From: Heptranchias perlo
Lineage: Eukaryota
DNA length: 64,000 nucleotides
Direction: 5' to 3'
Assembly (NCBI RefSeq): GCF_035084215.1
Contig: NC_090366.1
Location: 10,478,001 to 10,542,000, forward strand
The notes beneath the pieces were generated by a model. That model had not been told where the DNA came from. It searched no databases and saw only the letters and a list, made by a program, of their open reading frames with translations. The position numbers and the translations under genes were made by a program. This document shows positions 1-12,958 of this stretch, in pieces. Position 1 is the stretch's first letter; the number at the start of each line of letters is the position of its first letter.

Positions 1-2160
1 ACAAAGGAAATTACGAAAGTATGAGATGCGAGTTGGCAAGGATGGATTGAGGAACTTTACTAAAAGGGATGACGGTGGATAGGCAATGGCTAATATTTAA
101 AGAACGTGTGCAGGAATTACAACAATTATTCATTCCTGTCTGGTGCAAAAATAAAACAGGAAAGGTGGCTCAACCGTGCTTACAAAAGAAATTAGGGATA
201 GTATTAGATCCAAAGAGGAGACATATAAAATTGCCAGAAAAAGCGGCAAGCCTGAGGATTGGGAACAGTTTAGAATTCAGCAAAGGAGAACAAAGAGATT
301 GATTAAGGGGGAGAAAATAGAGTATGATAGTAAATTAGTATAGAAACTGAGTGTAAATGCTTCTATAAATATGTCAAGAGAAAAAGATTCGTGAAGATTA
401 GGTCCCTTGCAATCAGAAATGGGGGAAATTATAATGGGGAACAAAGAAATGGCAGAACAATTAAACACCTACTGTGTTCTGTCTTCACAAAGGAGGACAC
501 AAATAACCTGCCAGAAATGGTAGGGAACCAAGGGTCTAATGAGAGGGAGGAACTGAAGGAAATCAGTATTAGTAAAAAAATAGTGCTCGGGAAATTAACG
601 GGGCTAAAGGCTGGCAAATCCCCAGGGCCTGATAATCTACATCCCAGAGTACTAAAGGAGGTGGCCCTGAAAATAGTGGATGCATTGGTGATCATCGTTC
701 AAAATTCTATAGACTCTGAAACTGTTCCTACAGATTGGAGGGTGGCAAATGTAACCCCACTATTTAAAAAAGGAGGGAGAGAAAAAACAGGGAATTAAAG
801 ACCAGTTAGCCTAACATCAGTAGTGGGGAAAATGCTCGAGTCTATTATAAAGGATGTTATAACAAAACACTTGGAAGGCATTAACGGGATTGGACAAAGT
901 CAGCATGGGCTTATGAAAGGGAAATCATGCTTAACAAATCCACTGGAGTTTTTTGAGGAGGTAACTAGTAAAATAGATAGGGGAGAACCAGTGAATGTGG
1001 TGTACTTGGACTTTCAGAAGGCTTTTGATAAGGGCCCACACAAGAGGTTAGTGTGCAAAATTAAAGCACATGGGATTGGGGAAATATGCTGGCATGGATT
1101 GAGAATTGGTTGACAGACAGGAAATGGAGAGTAGGAATAAACGGGTCTTTTCCAGGTGGCAGGCAGTGATTAGTGGGGTACTGCAGGGGTCAGTGCTTGG
1201 GCCCCAGCTATTCACAACATATATCAATGATTTGGATAAGGGAACTGAATGTAACATTTCCAAGTTTGCAGATGACACAAAGCTGGGGTGGAACGTGAGC
1301 TGTGAGGAGGATGCAAAGAGGCTCCAATGTGATTTAGACAAGTTGGGTGAGTGGGCAAGAACATGGCAGATGCAGTATAACGTGGATAAATGTGAGGTTA
1401 TCCACTTTGGTTGTAAAAACAGAAGGACAGATTATTATCTGAATGGTAATAGATTGGGAAAAGGGGAGGTGCAACGAGACCTGGGTGTCCTTGTACACCA
1501 GTCGCTGAAAGCGAGCATTCAGGTGCAGCAAGCAGTTAGGAAGGCGAATGGTATGTTGGCGTTCATTGCAAGAGGATTTGAGTACAGGAGCAGGGATGTC
1601 TTACTGCAGTTATACAGGGCCTTGGTGAGACCACATCTGAAGTATTGTGTGCAGTTTTGGTCTCCTTATCTGAGGAAGGATGTCCTTGCCATGGAGGGAG
1701 TCCAGGACTGACGTATGAGGAGAGATTGGGTCGACTAAGCCTATATTCTCTAGAGTTTAGAAGAATGAGAGGTGATCTCATTGAAACATATAAAATTCTA
1801 ACAGGACTAGACAGACTAGATGCAGGGATGATGTTCCCGATGGATGGGAATACATAACCAGGGGTCACAGTCTCAGGATACGGGTTATGCCATTTAGAAC
1901 TGAGATGAGGAGAAATTTCTTCACTCAGAGGGTGGTAAACCTGTGGAATTCTCTACCACAGAAGGCAGTGGAGGCCAAGTCATTAGATGTATTCAAGATG
2001 GAGATAGATATATTTCTTAATGCTAAAGGGATCAAGGGATATCGGGGAAAAGCGGGAACAGGGTACTGAGTTAGACGATCACCCATGATCATTTTGAATG
2101 GCGGAGCAGGCCCGAAGGGCCGAATGGCCGACTGTTGCTCCTATTTTCTATGATTCTATG
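1..2160 (+). mobile_element. CR1-clade LINE, degenerate ORF2 (reverse transcriptase) plus 3' UTR; cut by the window start
   Basis: ORFs 391-798, 823-1113, 1106-1711 and 1887-2069 give CR1 RT motifs (KSPGPD, YLDFQKAFD, QGSVLGP, FADD, YCVQFWSP) broken by stops and frameshifts. Ends in the TTCTATGA TTCTATG tail at ~2145-2160. Confidence 0.95.
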
Positions 2161-5100
2161 AAATACAAAGAGTGTGTGGGAGGGAGAGGGACAGCCCAAT
2201 AGATCGAGTATACAGACAATGTGTGTGTGTGAGAGAGAGAGAACCCAACAGGCACAGAGTAGGCAGAGAGTGTGTTTCAGAGGGAGATCCCAACAGATAC
2301 AGAGTATACAGAGAGAGAGTGTGTGAGAGAGAGAGAAAACCCAACAGGCACAGAATAAGCAGAGTGTGAGAGACGGAGGGAGTGCCGAACAGACAGTGAG
2401 TTTATAAGGAGTGTGTGTGTCAGAGAGGGAGTGTCCACAGGCACAGTGTATACAGACAGTATGTGTGAGAGAGAGAGGATAACAGACACAGGTACACAGA
2501 GTGTGTTTGAGAGTGTGAGGACAACAGACACACATTATAGACAGACAGTGAGAGAGGGAGCAACACACAGACTGGGAAAATCTGAGAGAGAGAGAACGAG
2601 AGAGTAAAATATAGAGAGTGAGAGAAAATCCGATGCATATTATATATATATATATATATAGATAGATAGATAGAGAGATACATCAGTTGAGACTAACAAA
2701 CTCAACAAAGGCCGGGCGGGAACTGCACCTTTTCTGCACTGAGTGGTGCAGTATAACACCGGGTGAGATCAGCTAATTCACCACGGGCCAGGGTTGGAGC
2801 AGGGGCCTTGCCTGCTCTGTGTGGGGATCAGTTGCACACAGGGTTAGAACAGCTAATTCACCATAGGTCGAGGGTGGAACCTGGGCAGTTCCTGCGCTGT
2901 GTGGGGCTGAGTACCGCACCCCGTTGTGATGAGATAACAGCACAGGGTGGGGATGGAACCTGGGCCCGTTCTGCTCTGTGTGTGACTCAGTACAACACAG
3001 CGTGAGAACAGCTACCTCAGCAGAGGCGTGTGATGGATCCTGGGACCCGACGTGCACTGTGCTTATGACTCACTACAAACTGGGTATGTTCAGCTGAATC
3101 AGCGCAGGCCGGACTGGATCCTAGGCCTTTCCCGCTCTGTGTTCGGCGCAGCACCCAGTGGGACTGTGAGAGTGAGAGAGAGCTGAACAGACACAGTGTA
3201 CACAGATACTGTATATGTGAGCGAGAGGGAGAGCCCAACAGGCACAGAGTATACAGATTGTGTGTGAGAGAGGGAGAGAATAACAGACACAAAGTATACG
3301 GAGAGTGTGTGTGAAAGGGAAACGATAACAGATACAAAATATACAGAGAGTGTGTATGAGAGGGACAGGATAACAGACACAAAGTATACAGAGAGTGTAT
3401 GTGTGAGAGAGAGCGAGAGCCCAACAGACAGAGTATACAGCGAGTGTGTGTGCGAGGGAGAGGGAAAGCCCCTCAGACACCGTGTATACCGAGAGTGCGT
3501 GTGGGTGAGAGAGGGGCAGCCCAACAGGCAGTGAGTATATAGATACTGTGTGTACGAGGGAGAGGGCGAGCCCAAGAGACACCGTGTATGCAGCGGGTGT
3601 GTATGTCTGAGGGGGAGAGCTCAACAGACACAGAGTATTCAGAGAGCGTGGGTGTGGGATGGTGAGGATGACAGACACAGGGAACACAAAGAGTGTGTTT
3701 GCGAGGGAGCGCCCAACTCACACAGCATATACACAGAGTATGAGGGAGAGGGAGAGCCCAACAGATACAGAGAGACAGCGAGAGTGAGAGAGAGAGAGCA
3801 ACAGACAGACAGGGAAATACTGAAAGAGGGAGAGAGAGAAAAACATAGAGAGTGAGAGAATATGCGATGCATATTTTATATATTTAGAGAGAGAGAGTAG
3901 CACTCCGGGTAAGATTAACAAACTCATCACAGGCAGCGTGGGAACTGGGCCTTTTATGTTCTATCTCAGTGGCTCAGTACAACACCGGGTGCGATCAGCT
4001 ATCTCAGCACAGGCCGAGAACGGAGCCTGGGCCCTTCCTGCTATGGGTCGTGCTCAGACATACATCGGTTGAGATCAGTTAATTTACCATAGGCTCCGAT
4101 TGAGCCTGGGCCATGCCTGCTGTGTGTGTGATTCAGTTCCAAACCAGGTGAGATCAGTTAATTCATCAAAGGCTGAGGGTGGAAACTGGGCCTTCCTGCT
4201 CCACGTGGGGCTGAGGAACACACGCCATTGTGATAAGATAACAGCACGTGTCGGGCATGGAGCCTGGGCCCTTCCTGCTCTGTGTTTGTGACTCAGAACC
4301 AGACTGGGTGAGTTCAGCTAAATCAGCACTGGCTGGGATGGATCCTGTTCCGTTCCCGCTTTCTGTGGGGCGCAGTACCTAGTGGGGCTCTGATAACAGA
4401 AACAGAGTATGCAGAGATTGTGTGTGAGAGAGATAGGGAGAGGCCGACACAAACGGAGAATAGAGAGAGTATATGTTCGAGAGAGAGAGAGATAGCCGAA
4501 TAAACACAATGTATACAGATTTTGTGTGTGAGAGGGAGAGGATAACAGATACACAGTATAGAGAGAGTGTGCATGTGAGAGGGAGAGCCCAACCGACAAA
4601 GAGTATAGAGAGTGGGTGTGAGAGGGAGAGGATACAGAGAGAATGTGTGTGAGAGATAGAGGATAACAGACACAAAATATAGAAAGAGTGTGTGTAAAAG
4701 GGAGAGGATAACAGACAAGGAGTATACAGATACTGTGTGTGAGAGAGTGAGGATTTCAGAAACAGAGTATACAGAGGGGGTGTGTGCGAGAGAGAGAGAG
4801 AGTGAGCCCAAGAGACACAGTGTCTGCAGACAATGTGTGTGTGTGTTTGTGTGTGTGAGGGAGCGAGCTCAACAGACACAGAATCTTCAGAGGGTCTGGG
4901 TGTGAGAGGGAGAGGATAACAGACACAGAGTATTCAGAGAGTGTTTGTGAGGAGAGCCCAACAGATACTGAGCATACAGAGAGACGGCGAAAGTGAAAGA
5001 GGGAGCAACAAACAGAGAGGGAAATTCTGAAAGAGAGAGAGAGAGTAAAATATAGAGAATGAGAGAGTGTACGGTGCAAATTATATTTATTTCGAGAGAG

Positions 5101-8100
5101 AGAGTGCCACTCCGGTGGAGATTAACAAATTCACCTCTGGCCTAGTGGGAACTGGGCCTTTTATGCTCTGTCTCAGTGGCTCAGTACAACACTGGGTGAG
5201 ATCAGCTATCTCATCACACGCCGAGAACGGAACCTGGGTCCTTCCTGCTTTGTGTGCGTCACAGGCATACATCTGTTGAGATCAGCTAATTTACCACAGG
5301 CTGCGATTCAGCCTGGGCCATGCCTGCTGTGTGTCTGATTCAGTACCAAATAGGGTGAGAACGGATAGTTCATCAAAGGCCGAGGGTGGAAACTGGGCCT
5401 TCCTGCTCCAAGTGGGACTGAGTAACACACACCATTGTGATAAGATAACAGCACGTGTCGGGCATGGAGCCTGGGCCCTTCCTGCTCTGTGTTTGTGACT
5501 CAGTGCCAAACAGGGTGAGTTCAGCTAAATCAGTACAGGCTGGGATGGACCCTGGGCTGTTCCCGTTCTGTATGGGGCGCAGTACCTAGTGGGGCTGTGA
5601 AAGCAGAAACAGAGTATGCAGAGATTGTTTGTGTGAGAGATAGGGAGAGGCCAACAGAAACGGAGAATACAGACAGTATGTTTTCAAGAGAGAGGGAGAG
5701 AGATAGCCGAATAGACACAGTGTATACAGATATTGTGTGTGAGGTAGAGGGCAACAGAAACAGAGTATACAGAGAGTGTGTGTGTAAGAGGGAGAGGATA
5801 ACAGACCAAAGTACACAGTGTGGGTGTGAGAGGGGGAGAACCCAACAGACACAGAGTATACAGATACTTTGTGTCTGAGCGACAGAACTCAACAGACACA
5901 GAATATACACCGTGGGTGTGAGAGGGAGAGGATAAGAGACACGAAGAATACATAGAGTGTGTGTGATAGAGGGGAAGAGCCTAACAGACATAGAGTATAC
6001 AGTGCGGGTGAAAGGGAGAGGATAACAGAAACTGGGTATACAGAGAGAATGAGTGTGAGTTAACATTCACAGTGTATACAGATATTGCGTGTGTGAGAGA
6101 TAGGGAGACGCCAACAGAAACAGAGTATACAGGGCGTATGTATGGGAGAGAGAGAGAGAGACAAACAGACACATTATGTACAGATATTGTCTGTGAGAGG
6201 GAGAGCCCAAAAGAAAAGAGGGTGTGTGAAAGAGGGAGAGGATAACAGACACAAAGTATACAGAGCGCGTATGAGAGCGGTAGAGGAAAGAAGACACAAA
6301 TAATACAGAAAGTGTGTGTGAGAGGGAGATGATAACAGAAGCAGAGTATACAGAAAGTCTTTGTGTGAGAGAGGGAGAGTCAAATAGACACAGAGTACAC
6401 AGATACTGTATGTGTAAGGAAGAGGACAACAGACACAAAATATACAGAGTGTTTGTGAGGAGGAAAGGATATCAGAGACAGAGTATAGAGTGAGTGAGTG
6501 CGAAGCGAAAAGCCCAACAGGCACAAAATATACAGAGTGTGTGTGAGAGAGGGAGAGGACAACAAACGTAAAGTATACAGAGTGTGTGTGGGAGGGAAAG
6601 GATAATATGCACAGCGTATACAGTAAGTGGGTGTGAGAGTGAAAGCCCATCGGACAGAGTGTATACAGTGAGGGTGTGAGAGGGAGACAACAACAGACAC
6701 AGAGTATTCAGAGTGTGTGTGTGTGAAGGAGAGGGCAACAGACACAAAGAATATACAGATACTGTGTGCGAGAGAGAGGTCGATCCCAAGAAACACAGTG
6801 GGTGCAGAGAGTGTTTGTGTGTGAGGGAGAGAACTCAACAGATAGAATCTGCAGGGAGTGTTGGTGTGGGAGGGAGAGGATAACAGTCACAGGGTACACT
6901 GATAGTGTTTGTGAGAGGGAGAGCCCAACAGACACAGAGTATACAGATTCAGCGAGTATGAAAGGGGGAGCAACAAACACATGGTGAAATTCTGAAAGAG
7001 AGAGAGTAAAATATAGAGTGAGAGAGTATACGGTGCATATTATATATATTTCGAGAATGTACCATTCCGTGGGAGATTAACAAACTCAACTCTGGCCGAG
7101 TGGGAACTGGGCCTTTTATGCTCTGTCTCAGTGGCTCAGTACAACACTGGGTGAGATCAACTATCTCATCACAGGCCGAGAACGGAGCCTTGACCATTCC
7201 TACACTGTGTGCGGCTCAAACACACATCGGTTGAGATCAGCTAATTTAACACAGGCTGCGATTCAGCCTAGGCCATGCCTGCTGTGTGTGTGATTCAGTT
7301 CCAAACTGGGTGAGAACAGATAGTTCATCAAAGGCCGAGGGTGGAAACTGGGCCTCCCTGCTCCACGTGGGGCTGAGTAACACACGCCATTGTGATAAGA
7401 TAACAGCACGTGTCGGGCATGGAGCCTGGGCCCTTCCTGCTCTGTGTTTGTGACTCGGAACCAAACTGGGTGAGTTCAGCTAAACCAGCACAGGCCGGGA
7501 TGGGTCGTGGGCCGTGCCCGCTCTGTGAGGGGCGCAGTACCCAGTGGGGCTTCGATAACAGAAACAGTGTAGACAGATATTGCCTGTGTGATAGATAGGG
7601 AGAGCCCAACAGAAACAGAGTTTACAGAGAGTATGTATGAGAAAGAGAGAGCCGAACAGACACATTGTATACAGATACTGTGTGTGAGTTGGAGAGCCCA
7701 ACTGACACATAAATTTACAGAGAGTGTGTGAGAGGGAGTGGACAACAGATACAAAGTATATAGTGTGTGTGAGAGAGAGAGGGGGGGAGAACCCAACAGA
7801 CACAGAATATACAGAGAGTGTGTGAAAGGGAGAGGGCAACAGACACAAAGTATACAAAGAGTGTTTGTGAGGAGGAGAGGATAACAGACACAGAGCTTAC
7901 AGTGTTCGTGTGAGAGAGAGAGGACAACAGACACAGAGTATACAGAGAGTGTATAAGAGAGGGAGAGGACAACAGACACAGAGTATACAGAGTGTATGAG
8001 GAGGAAAGGATAATAGACACAAAGTGTACAGTGAGTGGGTGTGAGAGCGAAAGCCCAACAGACACGGAGCATACAGTGTGGGTGTGAGAGGGAAAACCCA

Positions 8101-9291
8101 ACAGACACAGTGTTTACAGAGAGTGTGTGCAAGAGGGAAAGCCCAACAGACACAGGCCGTACAGTGTGGGTGTGAGAGGGACAGGATAATAGTCACAGAC
8201 TATGCAGAGTGTGCGTGAGAGACGGGGAGAGGCCAACACAAAGTGCTTATATAGTGTGTATGAGAAGGAGAGCTCAACAGACACAGAGTATACAGAATGT
8301 GTGTATGAGAGACGGCGACTCCAGCAGACGTAGGGTATATACAGTGTGCGTGGGAGGGAGAGCCCAACAGACACAGAGTATCCAGAGTGTGTGTGTGAGA
8401 GGGAGAGCCCAACACACACAGCATATACAGAGAGTGTTTGTGAGAGGGCAGCACACACAGAGTATACAAATACTGTGTGTGTGAGAGAGAGAGTGAGACC
8501 CCAACAGACACCGAGTATACAAATACTGTGTGTGCGAGAGAGAGGGCGAGCCCAAGAGACAAAATGGATGCAGAGAGAGTGTGTGTGCTGGAGAGAGCTC
8601 AGCAGAGCATAATATTCAGAGGGTGAGAATGTGAGAGGGAGAGGAAAACAGACACAGGGTGCGCAGGGAGTGTTAGTGAAAGGGAGAGCCCAACAGACAC
8701 AGAGTGCACAGAGAGACAGCGAGAGTGAGAGAGAACAACAGAGAGGGAAGTGCTGAAAGAGAGAGAGAGTAAATATAGAGAGTGAGAGACTAAACGATGC
8801 ATATTATATATATTTCGAGAGAGAGAGGGTAATACTCCGGGGCAGATTAACAAACTAACCACAGTGGGGTGGGAATTGGGTCTTTTATGCTCTGTCTCAG
8901 AGGCTCTGTACAACACCGGGTGAGATCAGCTACTTCAGCATAGGCCGAGAACGGAAACTGGGCCCTTCCTGCTTTGTGTGAGACTCCGACACACATCGGC
9001 TGAGATCAGCTAATTTACAACAGGCTACTGAGTAACACACGCCATTGTGATAAGATAACAGCACAAGCTGGGCATGGAATCTGGGCCCTTCCAGCTCTGT
9101 GTTTGTGACTCAGTACCAAAGTGGGCAAATTCAGCTGAATCAGCACAGACCGGGTTCGATCCTCGCCCGTTGCCACTCTGTGTGGGGCTCAGTACATTAC
9201 CGAATGAGATCGGCTGCTTCTGCACAGACCAGTTATGGAGTCTGGGCCCTCTCTGCACTGTATACGTTACTCAGAACCAAACTGGGTGAGA

Positions 9292-10670
9292 TTTTTTTTA
9301 TTCATTCACGGGATGTGAGCATCGCTGGCAGGGCCAGCATTTATTGCCCATCCCTAATTGCCCTTGAGAAGGTGGTGGGGAGCCGCCTTCTTGAACCGCT
9401 GCAGTCCGTGTGGTGAAGGCTCTTCCACGGTGCTGTCAGGAAGGGAGTTCCAGGATTTTGACCCAGCGACGATGAAGAAACGGCGATATATTTCCAAGTC
9501 AGGATGGTGTGTGACTTGGAGGGGAACGTGCAGGTGGTGTTCCCATGCACCTCCTGTCGTTGTCCTTCTAGGTGGTAGAGGTCGCGGGTTTGGGAGGTGC
9601 TGTCGAAGAAGCCTTGGCGAGTTGCTGCAGTGCATCCTGTGGACGGTACACACTGCAGCCACTGTGCGCCGGTGGTGTAGGGAGTGAATGTTTCGGGTGG
9701 TGAATGGGGTGCCAATCAAACGGGCTGCTTTGTCCTGGATGGTGTCGAGATTCTTAAGTACTGTTGGAGCTGCACTTATCCAGGCAAGTGGAGAGTATTC
9801 CATCGCACTCCTGACTTGTGCCTTGTAGATGGAGGAAAGGCTTTGGGGAGTCAGGAGGTGAGTCACTCGCCGCAAAATAGCCAGCCTCTGACCTGCTCTT
9901 GTAGCCACAGTATTTATGTGGCTGGTCCAGTTAAATTTCTGGTCAATGGTAACCTCTAGGATGTTGATGGTGGGGGATTCGGCGATGGTAATGCCATTGA
10001 ATGTCAAGGGGAGGTGGTTAGATTCTGTCTTGTTGGAGATGGCCATTGCTGACACTTGTCTGGCGCTAATATTACTTGTCACTTATCAGCCCAAGCCTGA
10101 ATGTTGTTCAGGTCTTGCTGCATGTGGGTGTCGAATGCTTCATTATCTGAGGCTTGGGAATGGAACTGAACACTGTGCAATCATCAGCAAACGTCTCCAT
10201 TTCTGACCTTATGATGGAGGGAAGATCATTGATGAAGCAACTGAAGATGGTTGGGCCTAGGACATTGCTCTGCGGAACTCCTGCAGCAATGTCCTGGGGC
10301 TGAGATGATTTGGCCTCCAACCACCTTTGTACTAGGTATGGCTCCAACCAATTGAGAGTTTTCTCCCTGATTCCCATTGACTTCAGTTTTATTGGGGCTC
10401 CTTGATGCCACACTCGGTCAAATGCTGCCTTGATGTCAAGGGCAGTCACTCTCACCTCACCTCTGGAATTCAGCTCTTTTGTCCATGTTTGGGCCAAGGC
10501 TGTAATGAGGTCTGGAGCTGAGTGGTCCTGGCAGAACCCATACTGAGCATCGGTGAGCAGGTTATTGGTGAGTAAGTGCCGCTTGATAGCACTGTTGATG
10601 ACACCTTCCATCACTTTGCTGATGATTGCGAGTAGACTGATGGGGTGGTAATAGGCCGGATGGGATTTCA
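9292..10670 (-). mobile_element. Non-LTR retrotransposon (CR1/L2-group LINE), 3' portion, inserted in the satellite
   Basis: Minus-strand ORFs 10108-10671 (ALDIKAAFDRVW, GVPQSNVLGP, FADD) and 9354-10082 (RT C-terminal region). The 3' tail reads GGGCAATTAGGGATGGGCAATAAATGCTGG...TGAATGAATAAAAAA on the minus strand. Confidence 0.92.
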
Positions 10671-10671
10671 T

Positions 10672-10930
10672 GGATCATAGAAATGTTACAGCATGGAAGG
10701 AGGCCATTTGGCCCATCTAGTCCGTGCCGCCTCTATGCAAGAGCAATCCAGCTTGTCCCACTCTCCCACCCTTTCCCCATCGCCGTGCTTTTTTTTTTCT
10801 TTCAAGTACTTATCCAGTTCCCTTTTGAAGGTCATGATTGAATTTGCCTCCACCACCCCCTCGGGCAGTGAATTCCAGATCCTAAGCAATCGCTGTGTAA
10901 AAAAGTTTTTCCTCATGTGACCTTTGTGGC
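10672..10930 (-). mobile_element. CR1 LINE 3' fragment
   Basis: ORF 10686-10916 (MRKNFFTQRLLRIWNSLP) plus CR1 3' UTR and tail. Confidence 0.88.
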
Positions 10931-12042
10931 CAGGATAGACCTGGGCAATTTTCAGCTAACTCAGCACAAACCGAGGATGGGTCCTGGCCCTTTCCTGCTC
11001 TGTGTGGCTCAGAACCACACCGGGTGAGGTCAACTAATTCAGCACAGGCCGACGATGGAATTTGGGCCCTTTCTGCTTTGTTTATGACTCACTACGAAAC
11101 GGGGTGAGATCATGTAACTTATAACAGGCCGTGATTGAGCCTGGGCTCTGCATAGTTGTTGGTCTCAGTACCACGCCAGGTGAGATCAGCTAATTCTGCA
11201 GAGGCCGCCGATGGAGCGTGGGCCCTTGCTGCTCCAAGTAGGGCTGATTACCACATCCCATTGTGATTTAATAACAGCACAGTCTGGGGATGGAACCAGG
11301 TGCTATTCGGCTGTGTGTGTGAATCAGCGGCACACGGGGTGAGATCAGTTATCCAAGCACAGGACGAGGGCAGAGCCTGGGCCCTTGCTGCTCCATTCTG
11401 GGCTGAGTAACACACCCCATTGTGATAAGATAACAACACAAGCCGGGCATAGAGCCTGGGCCCTTCCTGGACTGTGTTTGTGAATCAGTACCAAACTGGG
11501 TGAGTTCAGCTAAATCAGCACAGGGCGTGATGGGCCCTGGGCCGTTCCCGCTGTGTGTGGGACTCAGTACCACACCGGGTGAGATCAGCTAATTTAGCAC
11601 AGCCCATTGGTGGAGTCTGGGCCCTCCCTTCTCTGTGTGTGACTCAGTACCAACATCAGCAAACACAACACAGGCCGGTGAAGAATCCTTGCGCCCTCCT
11701 GCTCTGCGTGGCTCAATACCACACCGTGTGAGATCAGTTAACTCACTACAGGCCTGATTTGACCCAGAGACCTTGTCTGCTTTGTGGGACTCAACGCCGA
11801 AACAGGAGCACAGGCCAGGGATTGAAACTGGAATCTTAGTGCTGCATGTGTGGCCGAATACCCCACCCCATTGTAATTAGATTACAGCACAGGCCCCTGA
11901 TGGAACCTGGTGCAATTCTGCTCTGTGCGTGACTCAGTACCACACCGGGTGAGATCAATTATCTCAGTACAGGCCGGCGATGGTACCTGGGCCCTTCCTG
12001 CTCTGTGCATGTAACTCACAACCAAATTGGGTGAGTTCAGCT

Positions 12043-12260
12043 ACCCAGAGAGTGGTGAGAATGTGGAAATCGCTACCACAAGGAGCAGTTGAGACAAATG
12101 GCATAGACACATTTAAGGGGAAGCTCGGTAAGTACACGTGGGAGAAAGGAATTGTAGGTCATGCTGATAGGTTTAGATGAAGAGGGATGGGAAGAGGCTC
12201 GTGTCAAATATCGGTTGGGCCGAGTGGCCTGTTTCTGTGCTGCTCATTCTATGTAATTCT
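12043..12260 (+). mobile_element. CR1 LINE 3' fragment ending the satellite
   Basis: Translates TQRVVRMWKSLPQGAVE, followed by GGGCCGAGTGGCCTGTTTCTGTGCTG...TTCTATGTAATTCTA tail. Confidence 0.85.
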
Positions 12261-12958
12261 ACGTATTTTCTTTCCTTCCCCCTTCCTCTGATGCTGGAAT
12301 TCCTTTCCATTGACCCTCGACACTTTCCAGTGTCTTACCGAAGTCACCATTTTCCCAGTATGGGCTGAGCGCATCAATGTCTATTTGCTATTCGACCGTG
12401 GGGGAATCACGTTAGAACGCCTCTCTTGCGTTCACCAGCCCACGTCTACTTCTCAGCGGCGATCATTGGCTAGCGATCAGGAGGGAGCTCACTGGCTGAT
12501 GTGCCTGTCTTTCTAGCCTGCGAATTCTAAACTAAATAATAATTAAAATATGTATTAAAAGGCAAATGATCGTAGGCGGCTGCAAAACGTAAAGTAATAG
12601 TTGAAATGGAACGCGAGGGGCCACGGTGGAAGGATGAAACGAAACTAATTAAAGTGGAGGTAAAATCTTAAAATCAGCCCAACCTCGATTTTTGGATTTG
12701 CCACTCGCAGCGTGCCATTGAAATCAGTTGCAATGAAAATCGGGCCTTTTCTGTAATGGGCCGCCTATGATGCCACCAGCCTAAATTAGATCATTGAACT
12801 GAAAACAGGCAGGATAAAATTAGTACCCTTTCAATGGTAAATGACTGAAGGAGAAGTCTTTTTTTTTTAAATGTTGTCAACATAATTTTGGGTTGTTAAA
12901 TCTGTGACATGATTTATGTTTGCTGGGCTGCATTAAATCCAGTAAAGTGAAAGCAGTC

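Larger units (their letters stand above)
2161..12042. repeat. Compound higher-order satellite: AG-rich ~45-bp minisatellite blocks alternating with ~79-bp monomer arrays; interrupted by LINEs at 9292-10930
   Basis: AG-rich blocks (unit like GAGAGGGAGAGCCCAACAGACACAGAGTATACAGAGAGTGTGTGT) at ~2161-2620, 3160-3850, 4390-5060, 5595-7020 and 7550-8790. 79-bp arrays at ~2705-3160, 3930-4390, 5135-5595, 7090-7550, 8860-9291 and 10930-12042. Junction motif GA(T/C)TAACAAA at ~2691, 3913, 5119, 7075 and 8845. Confidence 0.92.

Noticed and set aside
2089-8916. Dozens of overlapping ORFs rich in S/L/H/T/C/V or R/E/V/C
   Set aside because: They are translations of the AG-rich minisatellite, open in several frames on both strands because of low complexity.
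2705-12042. CRISPR-like repeat-spacer array or tRNA gene cluster
   Set aside because: Eukaryotic context, no unique spacers and no cas genes. The monomers show no convincing cloverleaf or A box, so they are treated as SINE-derived satellite.
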